DNA of 64,000 bases from a virus, in the IMG/VR virus record IMGVR_UViG_3300045988_172839, positions 32,001 to 96,000 of that record; one strand, written 5' to 3'. Of this stretch, positions 28,870 through 36,897 are shown piece after piece. The stretch's first letter is position 1, and every line of letters starts with the position of its first letter. The position numbers were made by a program, and so were the translations under genes. The notes under the pieces are model-generated. The model saw only the letters and a list, made by a program, of their open reading frames with translations, had not been told where the DNA came from and ran no database searches.

Positions 28870-29509
28870 TTTGAATCTCCTTTTTAATCTTATGTCTTAA
28901 ACCATATAATTTACCTGAAAATGAATGAATCAGTGCAATTATATCTTCAGCAAGTTCTTCAGATTGACTTTTACTCTCTGTTTCATTAGAAACAACAATA
29001 ATGGAAACCCCATGGAAATCGCAGATTTTCTCTAAGTAATGATACCCGAATCTTGTTAGTCGGTCTTTATAGAGAATATAAAGTCGATTTACTTTTCCTT
29101 CTTGAATTAAATCTATTAAGGAAAGCAATCCTTTACGATTATCATTTAACCCTGACCCTACATCTGTTTTGACAAGTAAGTTATTGACGTTTTGCTCAAT
29201 CGCAAACAACTTTACTTTATCTACTTGTCTTTCTAAATCTCCACGCTCTGCTTGTTTATGTGTAGATACACGAGCGTAAATGACATCAGACTTAGTTGTA
29301 GACCTATCCTCATAAAGCATGTTTTGTTTGTCTAAATAAGCGCAAACATCAGTAGCTAATACACGTCTATGTCCTGACTCCGTCTTATGATAAGGTATCA
29401 ATCCAAGTTTACAATACCGAATTACTGTAGGTATAGTTACCCCTAATAACTTAGCTACTTCACCTGTTTTATAAGTTGACTTCTTTAAAATTTCAGACTT
29501 CTTATACAA
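28862..29509 (-). CDS. tnpA: IS607-type serine recombinase/transposase with an N-terminal MerR-like HTH.
   Basis: YKTGEVAKLLGVTIPTVIRYCKLGLI (HTH) and VIYARVSTHKQ (catalytic Ser). The track ORF extends to 29548 (GTG). The TTG at 29507-29509 has a GGAGGTG RBS and is the likelier start. Confidence 0.85.
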   Translation of the reverse strand: MYKKSEILKKSTYKTGEVAKLLGVTIPTVIRYCKLGLIPYHKTESGHRRVLATDVCAYLDKQNMLYEDRSTTKSDVIYARVSTHKQAERGDLERQVDKVKLFAIEQNVNNLLVKTDVGSGLNDNRKGLLSLIDLIQEGKVNRLYILYKDRLTRFGYHYLEKICDFHGVSIIVVSNETESKSQSEELAEDIIALIHSFSGKLYGLRHKIKKEIQSE

Positions 29510-29596
29510 AAAGACACCTCCTTTCTTATTACAACTAAAGTGTAACACAAAAAGGTATATGTATCAAGTTTAGTATTAAAATTTTTAAAAATTTTG

Positions 29597-30826
29597 TTAG
29601 AAATTTAAGTTATTTGTAATCTGTTGGAAACACAACTCAGTTAAGCGTTTCATAATCGATTCAAAAGCGCTACGTTGTTGCAATTTACGAGACTCTTTAT
29701 CTGTTGCGTAGCTTTCAATCAAAGCGAGGATACCGAGTTGAGATTGTTCTCCATTATCATTCACAATCGTCTCTTCTGAGTTCAACCCTAAATCTCTCAT
29801 CAGTCTTCGACTTGAAACACTGTAAACCGTTGTAATCCCTCTACCTGAAACCGCTGCAGTGCGCTTATACGTTCTATCCAAAATCACATACAAGTCAATT
29901 CCGGGACTCATTAAAGCACTCATAACACTTGTAGTTGGAGTTGTTGTGTACATCTCAGACAACAAGTACAACTTAGAAGCTTCACGTGTGATATTACTAG
30001 AGTCTACCTTGCGTAAAGACTTGTAACGAGCATCTACATAATCAGTAGCTTGGTCTATTACAATCAATTTTGCTTGTATCTCTGGCACTTTCGCTAACCA
30101 ATCAATATAAGCCGACAAAAATGAGGTCAGATACCGAGTGGGAGCTTGCTCCCTAATCAACAAGACCTTTGAGTTACCTGTGTAACTATACTGAGTGTAA
30201 GTGTTAATAGAACCAAATCCACCAAATGAAGAAGTTTTTAAGTTATTGATTTCATCTTCTTGTTTTGACAACTGCTCCTCTGCAATTTTCAAGCGACTTG
30301 AAGCAGTTAAGAGAAAAGCTTGTAATTCCTCATTCAACTCTGCTGAGAACACAACTTCCTGTAAGACATCACTCAACTGCTCATAAGCCATTGAAATTTT
30401 ACGCTCTAACAGTTTTGGTTCATCTGCTAATTCCCCTCGAATGTATTCATCAACCAAAGTGAAACTATCCGCTAACTGAGTTAATTCATCTGTTTGATTG
30501 TCCATCTCTCGACTTGACATAAACTCTAGCAAATCAGAAAAACCCTCAGTATTATCTAACAAGGAACTATCTTGAATAACATAAGCTCCTACTGTTTTCA
30601 TCGTCTCTAAAACGATACGAGAGGGAGTTTCAGTTATATAAGCAATCTTAGTTAAAGAGTTGTCTCTCATAGCATTTAAAATAAACACTAAGAAGTCAAA
30701 GTCTTTATCTGTGTACGACTCAATAATGAGAGTCGTTTTCATAGTAATCCGTTCTATCTGTTTAATACTAGAAACAGTGGTACAACTAGGATACCGAACG
30801 TTTTTTGTTGTTAAAATGTAGTCCAT
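29597..30826 (-). CDS. Hypothetical protein.
   Basis: 409-aa ORF. Its stop codon lies inside the left inverted repeat of the IS. Confidence 0.6.
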   Translation of the reverse strand: MDYILTTKNVRYPSCTTVSSIKQIERITMKTTLIIESYTDKDFDFLVFILNAMRDNSLTKIAYITETPSRIVLETMKTVGAYVIQDSSLLDNTEGFSDLLEFMSSREMDNQTDELTQLADSFTLVDEYIRGELADEPKLLERKISMAYEQLSDVLQEVVFSAELNEELQAFLLTASSRLKIAEEQLSKQEDEINNLKTSSFGGFGSINTYTQYSYTGNSKVLLIREQAPTRYLTSFLSAYIDWLAKVPEIQAKLIVIDQATDYVDARYKSLRKVDSSNITREASKLYLLSEMYTTTPTTSVMSALMSPGIDLYVILDRTYKRTAAVSGRGITTVYSVSSRRLMRDLGLNSEETIVNDNGEQSQLGILALIESYATDKESRKLQQRSAFESIMKRLTELCFQQITNNLNF

Positions 30827-30841
30827 GTTTTATCAAACCAC

Positions 30842-31492
30842 CTACCTAGACTGAGCTAATTGTAAGACTGCATAGATTTCATTATCTAACTTAGAAACCG
30901 CTGCTAACTCTTGTTTTGTGAGTTTCTTCTTGCCGAAAACCTTCCCTCCATAACTAAAAGTTTTAATTACAGAACCTTTACTAGCTATTGGCTTTGGAGG
31001 TGTAAATGCAGGCTCTTGCGAGGATACCGCAGACTGCTCCGTTCCATATTTAACAACCGCTTTCATATTCTTCTTACTAGAATGTTCTAAACGAATAGTG
31101 TCTAAAGAACTCTTACACAAGTTGTTTGCAATCAAATCCACATTTACTTGCTCATTTGTTTGTAGCAAATAGTCTGTATAAATCGGCTCACTAAAGAAAC
31201 TGTAATAAGAATCCACTACTTCCAAGTCTGCAGATTCAAAATATCGACCAAAGAGTACAACTTCAGTAGTTCGAGCGTGATCCATTAAAAAAGTACGCAA
31301 GTTGCTAAACTCTTGCGGTGAATTTACATTTACACAGTTAATAATCAAACGCTCACAACGAAGAGCCTTACGACTCGCCATGTTCAGAAAAGCACCGATA
31401 GAATTGAAACCTTCCACCTCTTTCAAACCATGCGACTCCCTCACTGCATTTACTACTTGCTCACTCTTCTCTCCAAAAATTAAACCAATCAT
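30842..31492 (-). CDS. Hypothetical protein.
   Basis: 216-aa ORF in the T4SS operon. Confidence 0.6.
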   Translation of the reverse strand: MIGLIFGEKSEQVVNAVRESHGLKEVEGFNSIGAFLNMASRKALRCERLIINCVNVNSPQEFSNLRTFLMDHARTTEVVLFGRYFESADLEVVDSYYSFFSEPIYTDYLLQTNEQVNVDLIANNLCKSSLDTIRLEHSSKKNMKAVVKYGTEQSAVSSQEPAFTPPKPIASKGSVIKTFSYGGKVFGKKKLTKQELAAVSKLDNEIYAVLQLAQSR

Positions 31493-31518
31493 CTAAAGAC
31501 ACCCTCTACTTTCTTATC

Positions 31519-32856
31519 CTAAAATAAGTCCAATTCATCTGAACTTTCAATTTTATTCACTTGACGACTACTAGAGCCACCAAACAAATCTTCCGCACTT
31601 ACATCAGCACCTTTATTCACAGATTTTTGAGAGTTATCCACAGGTGTTGACAACTCTTCCGCAGAAACATCTGTTTCAAGCACACTTGTTAAGCCACTTG
31701 CTTGTTTTGTTGAGCTACTTTCTGTTCCAAACAAGTCCAACACTTCTGCTTGGGTTTGTTTTGCTTTCTCTTTACCTTTTTTCTTGGTTTTCTTAGGTTG
31801 AGTTTTCGCTTGTTCTGCAGATACCCTTGCTTGTGCTTGTTGTTTTCTGTACTGCTCTTCTTGTTTCAAGCGAGCTTCTGATAGAGAAGTGTTCACTTGT
31901 TTTCTACGGTTTTGGGCGTCTCCTAACCACAATAGACGAAGACTGGAACGCTCAGACTTCTGAACTGCTTGGTTCATGGCTTCGGTAACTGAAAACTCAG
32001 TTAAACCATATAAATCCTCTACCAAAGTTCCAATTTGGTCTTCATTTAAGACTTGGATACGCTTGTAACTTGCGGTCATAAGTGCAGACATCAAAGCAGT
32101 TACTTTATCCCAAAAGACCATAGGGTCTCCTGAACCGCGGAGTAAGAAATACTCATACGTCAACTGAGAACTACTTGAGTTATCTTCCCAATGATGGTAC
32201 ATAGAAGACAGAACCTTTTGCATGGTTGGAGAAGACACCTCATTTAAGTGATTGTACAAGTCATCAAAACGCTCATCATAAGAGTTAGCTGCTTGCAAGT
32301 CAATCAACTCTGGTACTACATTTAAAGCCGCACATTGATTATAAAAATTAGCCAACCCTTGACCATGTTGAAAGGCTTTCTCTTGAACTTTACCTACTTG
32401 TGTCTTACGCACACAACGAATGAAAATACCGATACTACCATCTAACATATAGCAGACATAAGGTAAAGTCTCATCAATATCGTAGATACCGAAGAAGTGG
32501 GAGAACAAGGAAGTGTCAGTCTTAGACTTCAACTCTTCCCTCAGTTTGAACTCCTTCTTAACCTTTCGCTCATTGAATACAAACAAGGAAATTAAACGAA
32601 AAGGAAGTGGGAATAACAAGACCCACAAAAGAAGACTCACAAACCAATTCTTTACAATTACAGAAAGGACAATACACAATACAATGTAAAATCCAAAAAA
32701 CAAGGCACTTTTACCTAGTCTTAAAATTCCACCACTAGCAACACCATAAGCACCCTCTGCCTCCGCAAAGTTTACTAAGTTTGTTACTGTTAATTTACCT
32801 AATTGGGGTTTGACAAGCCAATACCCCTCTGAATAATCTCGCTTCGACTCAGCCAC
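31519..32856 (-). CDS. Membrane protein (2 TM) with a large cytoplasmic domain and a basic/low-complexity tail; T4SS-associated.
   Basis: 445-aa ORF. TM pair at about aa 50-95. The tail is K/Q/E-rich. Confidence 0.55.
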   Translation of the reverse strand: MAESKRDYSEGYWLVKPQLGKLTVTNLVNFAEAEGAYGVASGGILRLGKSALFFGFYIVLCIVLSVIVKNWFVSLLLWVLLFPLPFRLISLFVFNERKVKKEFKLREELKSKTDTSLFSHFFGIYDIDETLPYVCYMLDGSIGIFIRCVRKTQVGKVQEKAFQHGQGLANFYNQCAALNVVPELIDLQAANSYDERFDDLYNHLNEVSSPTMQKVLSSMYHHWEDNSSSSQLTYEYFLLRGSGDPMVFWDKVTALMSALMTASYKRIQVLNEDQIGTLVEDLYGLTEFSVTEAMNQAVQKSERSSLRLLWLGDAQNRRKQVNTSLSEARLKQEEQYRKQQAQARVSAEQAKTQPKKTKKKGKEKAKQTQAEVLDLFGTESSSTKQASGLTSVLETDVSAEELSTPVDNSQKSVNKGADVSAEDLFGGSSSRQVNKIESSDELDLF

Positions 32857-33503
32857 TATCTCAACCCCCCATGTTCAATATTCCAATAGGTCACTTTACC
32901 TTCACTTACTGCTAACTCTACCGAAACCAAAGACTCTACGCGCGTTCCAATTTTGTTGGTTGCAGACACATCAAACAAAGCAAACCATTTGTCTAAACCC
33001 CCAGCACTATATACTCTCGATAGTGTTTTTAAATTTACAAGTCTATCTACACTTGGTGCGTAATCGTCCGGCCAAAAGAGTAAAGAATCTCCGACTTTTG
33101 GGGATACCCAAGGGAGAGATTTGTAAGCTCTTTCTGCACTTGCACTATCCTCAACCGAAGCTAAGTAAGTCATATAAGTCTTAGCTAGAGAATAGTCAAA
33201 ATTGTTATCTTTTGCTTTCCACTGACTTGTTGTTAAACTCAAGTGTTCTTTTGCAAAAGTTTCATCTGCGTAATTTGAAACAACTTCTTTTGCTGATTTT
33301 GCAACTTCTGTATCTCTCTGTAATTTAGCACCCTCATTATGAGACTGAATAATATTATTTGCAATAAAACCAAAGAACCCTAAAGTTACCAATACTGCAA
33401 GACCTATTAGTACATTTCTCTTTGCTTTACTCGATAGTCTGTAATCAAATAGGTGTAAGAACCATAAGACAACTTTCGATTTAATCTTCTTCACTTGAAC
33501 CAC
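32856..33503 (-). CDS. Single-pass TM-anchored extracytoplasmic protein.
   Basis: 215 aa, N-terminal TM (LIGLAVLVTLGFFGFIANNII). 1-nt overlap with the upstream gene. Confidence 0.6.
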   Translation of the reverse strand: MVQVKKIKSKVVLWFLHLFDYRLSSKAKRNVLIGLAVLVTLGFFGFIANNIIQSHNEGAKLQRDTEVAKSAKEVVSNYADETFAKEHLSLTTSQWKAKDNNFDYSLAKTYMTYLASVEDSASAERAYKSLPWVSPKVGDSLLFWPDDYAPSVDRLVNLKTLSRVYSAGGLDKWFALFDVSATNKIGTRVESLVSVELAVSEGKVTYWNIEHGGLR

Positions 33504-34050
33504 CTACTTTTACAAAATTACCTAACGTGTAATCAACAACAGAACCCGTGGAATCGTAAACCACTGTTACTTGTCGATACCCTTCTACACCTCTTTTATA
33601 AACAGAGACTCTTTGTACCAGTTGGTTTGCTACAGAGTCGTAACTATACTGAATGGTTACTTTCTCTATAACACCTAGTAAGTTAGGGTAATGTTTTACC
33701 AAATCTGTCATATTGGTGTAAGAACCTTTATTCTCCAAAGTACCAAACTTCAAACTACTTGTGTTTTGTCCTTGAAAACCTTTACGACCTGTGTAAGTTG
33801 CAACCCAATTTATAATGTAATTCTCGAAAGGTTTCACTTGATTTTCTAATTCAATTTGCTCAGACCAAGCATTTTCATACTGAAGTTGACCTCTTGTTTT
33901 TTCCTCGGAGACTAAAGGAGCTAGTCGGCTCAAATCAAAAATTTGACCGTCTCCCGAATTTTGAAGAAAAAAGGTAGATACCGCTAGGCTAAGTAAAGTA
34001 GTTCCAACTAGAACACCACCATAAATACTAGCTTTCTTCCACTTCACCAT
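33481..34050 (-). CDS. Single-pass TM-anchored protein (possible VirB8/TcpC-like role).
   Basis: The track ORF runs to 34089. The ATG at 34048-34050 has a GGAGG RBS (MVKWKKASIYGGVLVG...). The functional analogy rests on position and topology only. Confidence 0.5.
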   Translation of the reverse strand: MVKWKKASIYGGVLVGTTLLSLAVSTFFLQNSGDGQIFDLSRLAPLVSEEKTRGQLQYENAWSEQIELENQVKPFENYIINWVATYTGRKGFQGQNTSSLKFGTLENKGSYTNMTDLVKHYPNLLGVIEKVTIQYSYDSVANQLVQRVSVYKRGVEGYRQVTVVYDSTGSVVDYTLGNFVKVGGSSEED

Positions 34051-34255
34051 AAGGAAGAACCTCCGAGTCTTTCGTAGAACTGTAACCATCAGGCAGAATT
34101 TTGAACTTTAAATTATTCTCACAACGGACTAACAATACCCCCAGAGCCGTAACTAAAGAGACTGTTCCACCATAAATTACACCTTTGTGTTTAACACCTA
34201 CTTTGCTACCTACCACAAGCTTTGAAATCCAACCTTTACGAGAATCTTTAAACAT
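34028..34255 (-). CDS. Small membrane protein.
   Basis: 75 aa, first ORF after the promoter at 34294-34322, one TM. Confidence 0.45.
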   Translation of the reverse strand: MFKDSRKGWISKLVVGSKVGVKHKGVIYGGTVSLVTALGVLLVRCENNLKFKILPDGYSSTKDSEVLPYGEVEES

Positions 34256-34293
34256 GTTCCGTTTCCTATCACTTAAATTTACTTAATGGTTTT

Positions 34294-34322
34294 ATTTTAC
34301 ATTATTTCTGAGAAAAACGCAA
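34294..34322 (-). promoter_or_regulatory. Sigma-A type promoter TTGCGT-17-(TG)-TAAAAT.
   Basis: -35 at 34317-34322 and -10 at 34294-34299, extended TG, 17-bp spacer. Confidence 0.55.
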
Positions 34323-34335
34323 GAAAGCATTTACT

Positions 34336-34374
34336 AAAAACAAGAAAACCAAGTAAACATTCTTATTTACTTGG
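34336..34374 (-). terminator. Rho-independent terminator after ORF 34493..35047.
   Basis: Perfect 9-bp stem ccaagtaaa / tttacttgg (34349-34357 / 34366-34374), then TTTTCTTGTTTTT on the minus strand. Confidence 0.7.
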
Positions 34375-34492
34375 CAATTTCTTATAAGGCTCTCATTTGC
34401 TCTCTATTCGATTTTAACTTTCAAACAGAGAAACTTACCTCTTAATGTTTAAAATCGAAACTGGGGCAATCTGAGACTCCTGATGGATATTT

Positions 34493-35047
34493 CTAACCGA
34501 ATGTGTCTGGTTTACCTCCGTAGAGATATAAAATGTGGAACGTGTTGGTGGTTTTCTCATACGACAAAACTAAGTACATATCATCATTTTTACCACCTGT
34601 AAGTATAAACAAGTTGTTTACCACATCAAGGTCTTTTGTAGACCAAACTTCAAAGCTATCAGACTTCAACTTGTAACCTTGCTTTTCGACTGCGTAGCGA
34701 AGAGAGATACCGCTAGAGTCTGCTTTCAAGCGACTGTCGTCTTTTCCTCTACGAAAAGTTTCAAGCAACTTCTCAATCGACTCTTGTTGTTCCTTTACTT
34801 TGGCGCTATCTGTTATTCTAGCACCTTCTGACAAATAACCCCTTGCTCTTGCTAAGTTAAGTTCCAAGTCACTTTGAACTTTGTCTTCAACCGACTTCGT
34901 TTCTTCTTGTTTTAAACTTACCTCAGTGGGAGAATCCTTTTCGTGACGAACTTCTTGCTCACCTTTGAAGTAGAGGATACCGAAAGCTATTAGGGTTCCT
35001 AACCCTACTCCACATACAACTGTTAAAATCCATTTCAATACTTTCAA
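34493..35047 (-). CDS. Single-pass TM-anchored protein.
   Basis: 184 aa, N-terminal TM. Confidence 0.6.
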   Translation of the reverse strand: MKVLKWILTVVCGVGLGTLIAFGILYFKGEQEVRHEKDSPTEVSLKQEETKSVEDKVQSDLELNLARARGYLSEGARITDSAKVKEQQESIEKLLETFRRGKDDSRLKADSSGISLRYAVEKQGYKLKSDSFEVWSTKDLDVVNNLFILTGGKNDDMYLVLSYEKTTNTFHILYLYGGKPDTFG

Positions 35048-35068
35048 ATCACTACTACTTTCTACCGA

Positions 35069-36781
35069 TTACTTTAAAATCGGGGTTTTTGTTTCATCAT
35101 AAGCAAACTCCATACCAAGACCTTGCCACTGCTCTTTACGGTAAATACGGTAATACCAAACATACTGCTCACCACGGTAATCCCAACCTGCTAAAGAAGT
35201 GTTTTGTTCGATTGTAAGCAATGTACCATCTTTAAATACAGTACAAACAATACCTGTGTGTCCCCAAGTTGGATGCTCCATATCTGAGAATATAGCACCA
35301 CGTCTAGGTGTATTAGTTGTCCGATTGCCGAAAATATTTGCCCAAGCCCCCGCTTGCAAAGCACCATGACCTTGAACACTTTCTTGAGGTCTACCCCAAA
35401 TATGGTTCCCTAAAGAAATAGTCAAAGCTACGCACTGACCGTTAATACTTGGGTCTGCTGGATATTGAAACCAACCTGTACCTGGTAAACCAAAATCCAT
35501 ACCGTAATTTTTAGGGTTAATAATGTAAGGCTTTAACCCCTCAGGTAAATCCTCTGGGCGCCAACCCCAAGAACTAAAGGCATCAGCCGGAGGGTTGTCT
35601 TGACCATCCTCTGAAGAAAGACCACTAGCATCAGATTTAGTTGAAGCCTTGGTTTTATGTTGCCTTGGTTTACATTTAATCTTCCTTATAGCTTTTGTTA
35701 CTAAGTTGTCACTACTAGAACCACGAGACTTAGTGACATCAAAGATACCGCGAGTAAGGAACTTGGAATATAAATCATAACCTTTGTCGTTCATGTGAAC
35801 GGAGTCAGAAGTTAAGTCCTCCCATTTAGAGTTTTCTTGAACGTACTGATTCCAATCTAGGTAAGCCATATTTGACTTGCTACTTACATAAGATTTAATA
35901 GTCTCTGCAATCTTATCATGGTCTACTTTGTTATAAGAACCTTGACCCCCTTGTGAAGCAGTTGTTACCCAAATAACTGTCTTAGCACTTTTCGCTTCAC
36001 CTACAAGTTTATCCATTAACTCATGTGTTGGAGGTTGGTTTGTACCTAGTGCTACAACAAGTACATCTTTAATTTTCTTCTCAGACTCCAATTTCTTGGC
36101 AGTCTCAATACCACTGAGTGTACTATCTGAACTCTCAAAGGCTCTTGAAACTTTACTATCAAAGGTCGATTTAGGGAAATACCCTTTTAATTTAGGTTCA
36201 ACCCCTACTCCTAAAGAGTCTCCAATGAAAGTAAAACCTTCATAATCCTTCGCCCAATCAGTTACTTCTGTAGATAAATCCACAGAACCTACATTCTGAA
36301 AGTTTGTGTTAGTTGAATTAGACCCTTGTGAAGTATTAACCTCAGTAGGTGCGCAATCAACCGTAGCCATAATTGCAACATAAGTAACCGCAGCGGAAGC
36401 TCCAATAGTTGCAATCATAAATGTCCAACCAAAGGAAACTAGAACAATAGAAGTTAATCTAGCTAACCAAGTTAAAAAACGATTAAAACCTAATGACGAA
36501 CGAAGAGTCAACAACTTTAAGCGCTCTTTTACTTCATTGGATGCCGTTTCCACTAAAACACTTTCAACTTTTTTCTTATCCTCATCTGTTAGGTCTTTTT
36601 TACTTACCTCTTCTTGTAACTCAACTCGACTCTTTTTCAATTCTTCTAAGTTTTGCTTTCGTCTTCTTATAGAGTTTTTAGCAAAATGACGATAGAATCG
36701 ACCAATTAAAGGATACAGAAGAGTTACTACTAAAACTATAATTGGCAATATTAAGAACCTTAACATTGGTTCAAAAAACAT
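35069..36781 (-). CDS. Membrane-anchored cell-wall hydrolase: SGNH/GDSL esterase domain + CHAP domain.
   Basis: SGNH blocks FIGDSLGVG, ALGTNQ and DSVHMND. CHAP residues NGQCVALT ... GHTGIV ... EQN. N-terminal TM segments. Confidence 0.8.
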   Translation of the reverse strand: MFFEPMLRFLILPIIVLVVTLLYPLIGRFYRHFAKNSIRRRKQNLEELKKSRVELQEEVSKKDLTDEDKKKVESVLVETASNEVKERLKLLTLRSSLGFNRFLTWLARLTSIVLVSFGWTFMIATIGASAAVTYVAIMATVDCAPTEVNTSQGSNSTNTNFQNVGSVDLSTEVTDWAKDYEGFTFIGDSLGVGVEPKLKGYFPKSTFDSKVSRAFESSDSTLSGIETAKKLESEKKIKDVLVVALGTNQPPTHELMDKLVGEAKSAKTVIWVTTASQGGQGSYNKVDHDKIAETIKSYVSSKSNMAYLDWNQYVQENSKWEDLTSDSVHMNDKGYDLYSKFLTRGIFDVTKSRGSSSDNLVTKAIRKIKCKPRQHKTKASTKSDASGLSSEDGQDNPPADAFSSWGWRPEDLPEGLKPYIINPKNYGMDFGLPGTGWFQYPADPSINGQCVALTISLGNHIWGRPQESVQGHGALQAGAWANIFGNRTTNTPRRGAIFSDMEHPTWGHTGIVCTVFKDGTLLTIEQNTSLAGWDYRGEQYVWYYRIYRKEQWQGLGMEFAYDETKTPILK

Positions 36782-36861
36782 ACTGTAACCTCACATTCTT
36801 CAAGTCTAAATCCAATTCTAACTAAAAGCACAAAGCTATTATTCCAGACTTTGCACTTACA

Positions 36862-36890
36862 AGAATATCATAAATACCCTCGACAGACAA
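36862..36890 (-). promoter_or_regulatory. Possible internal promoter TTGTCT-17-(TG)-TATTCT.
   Basis: -35 at 36885-36890 and -10 at 36862-36867, 17-bp spacer. The match is weaker than for the other promoters. Confidence 0.3.
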
Positions 36891-36897
36891 CTATTTG

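Larger units (their letters stand above)
27490..29606 (-). mobile_element. IS607-family insertion sequence (tnpA serine recombinase + tnpB).
   Basis: The two overlapping genes are typical of IS607. They are bracketed by an imperfect inverted repeat, aatttcttaacaaaatt (27490-27506) / aattttgttagaaattt (29590-29606). The boundaries are approximate. Confidence 0.7.
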
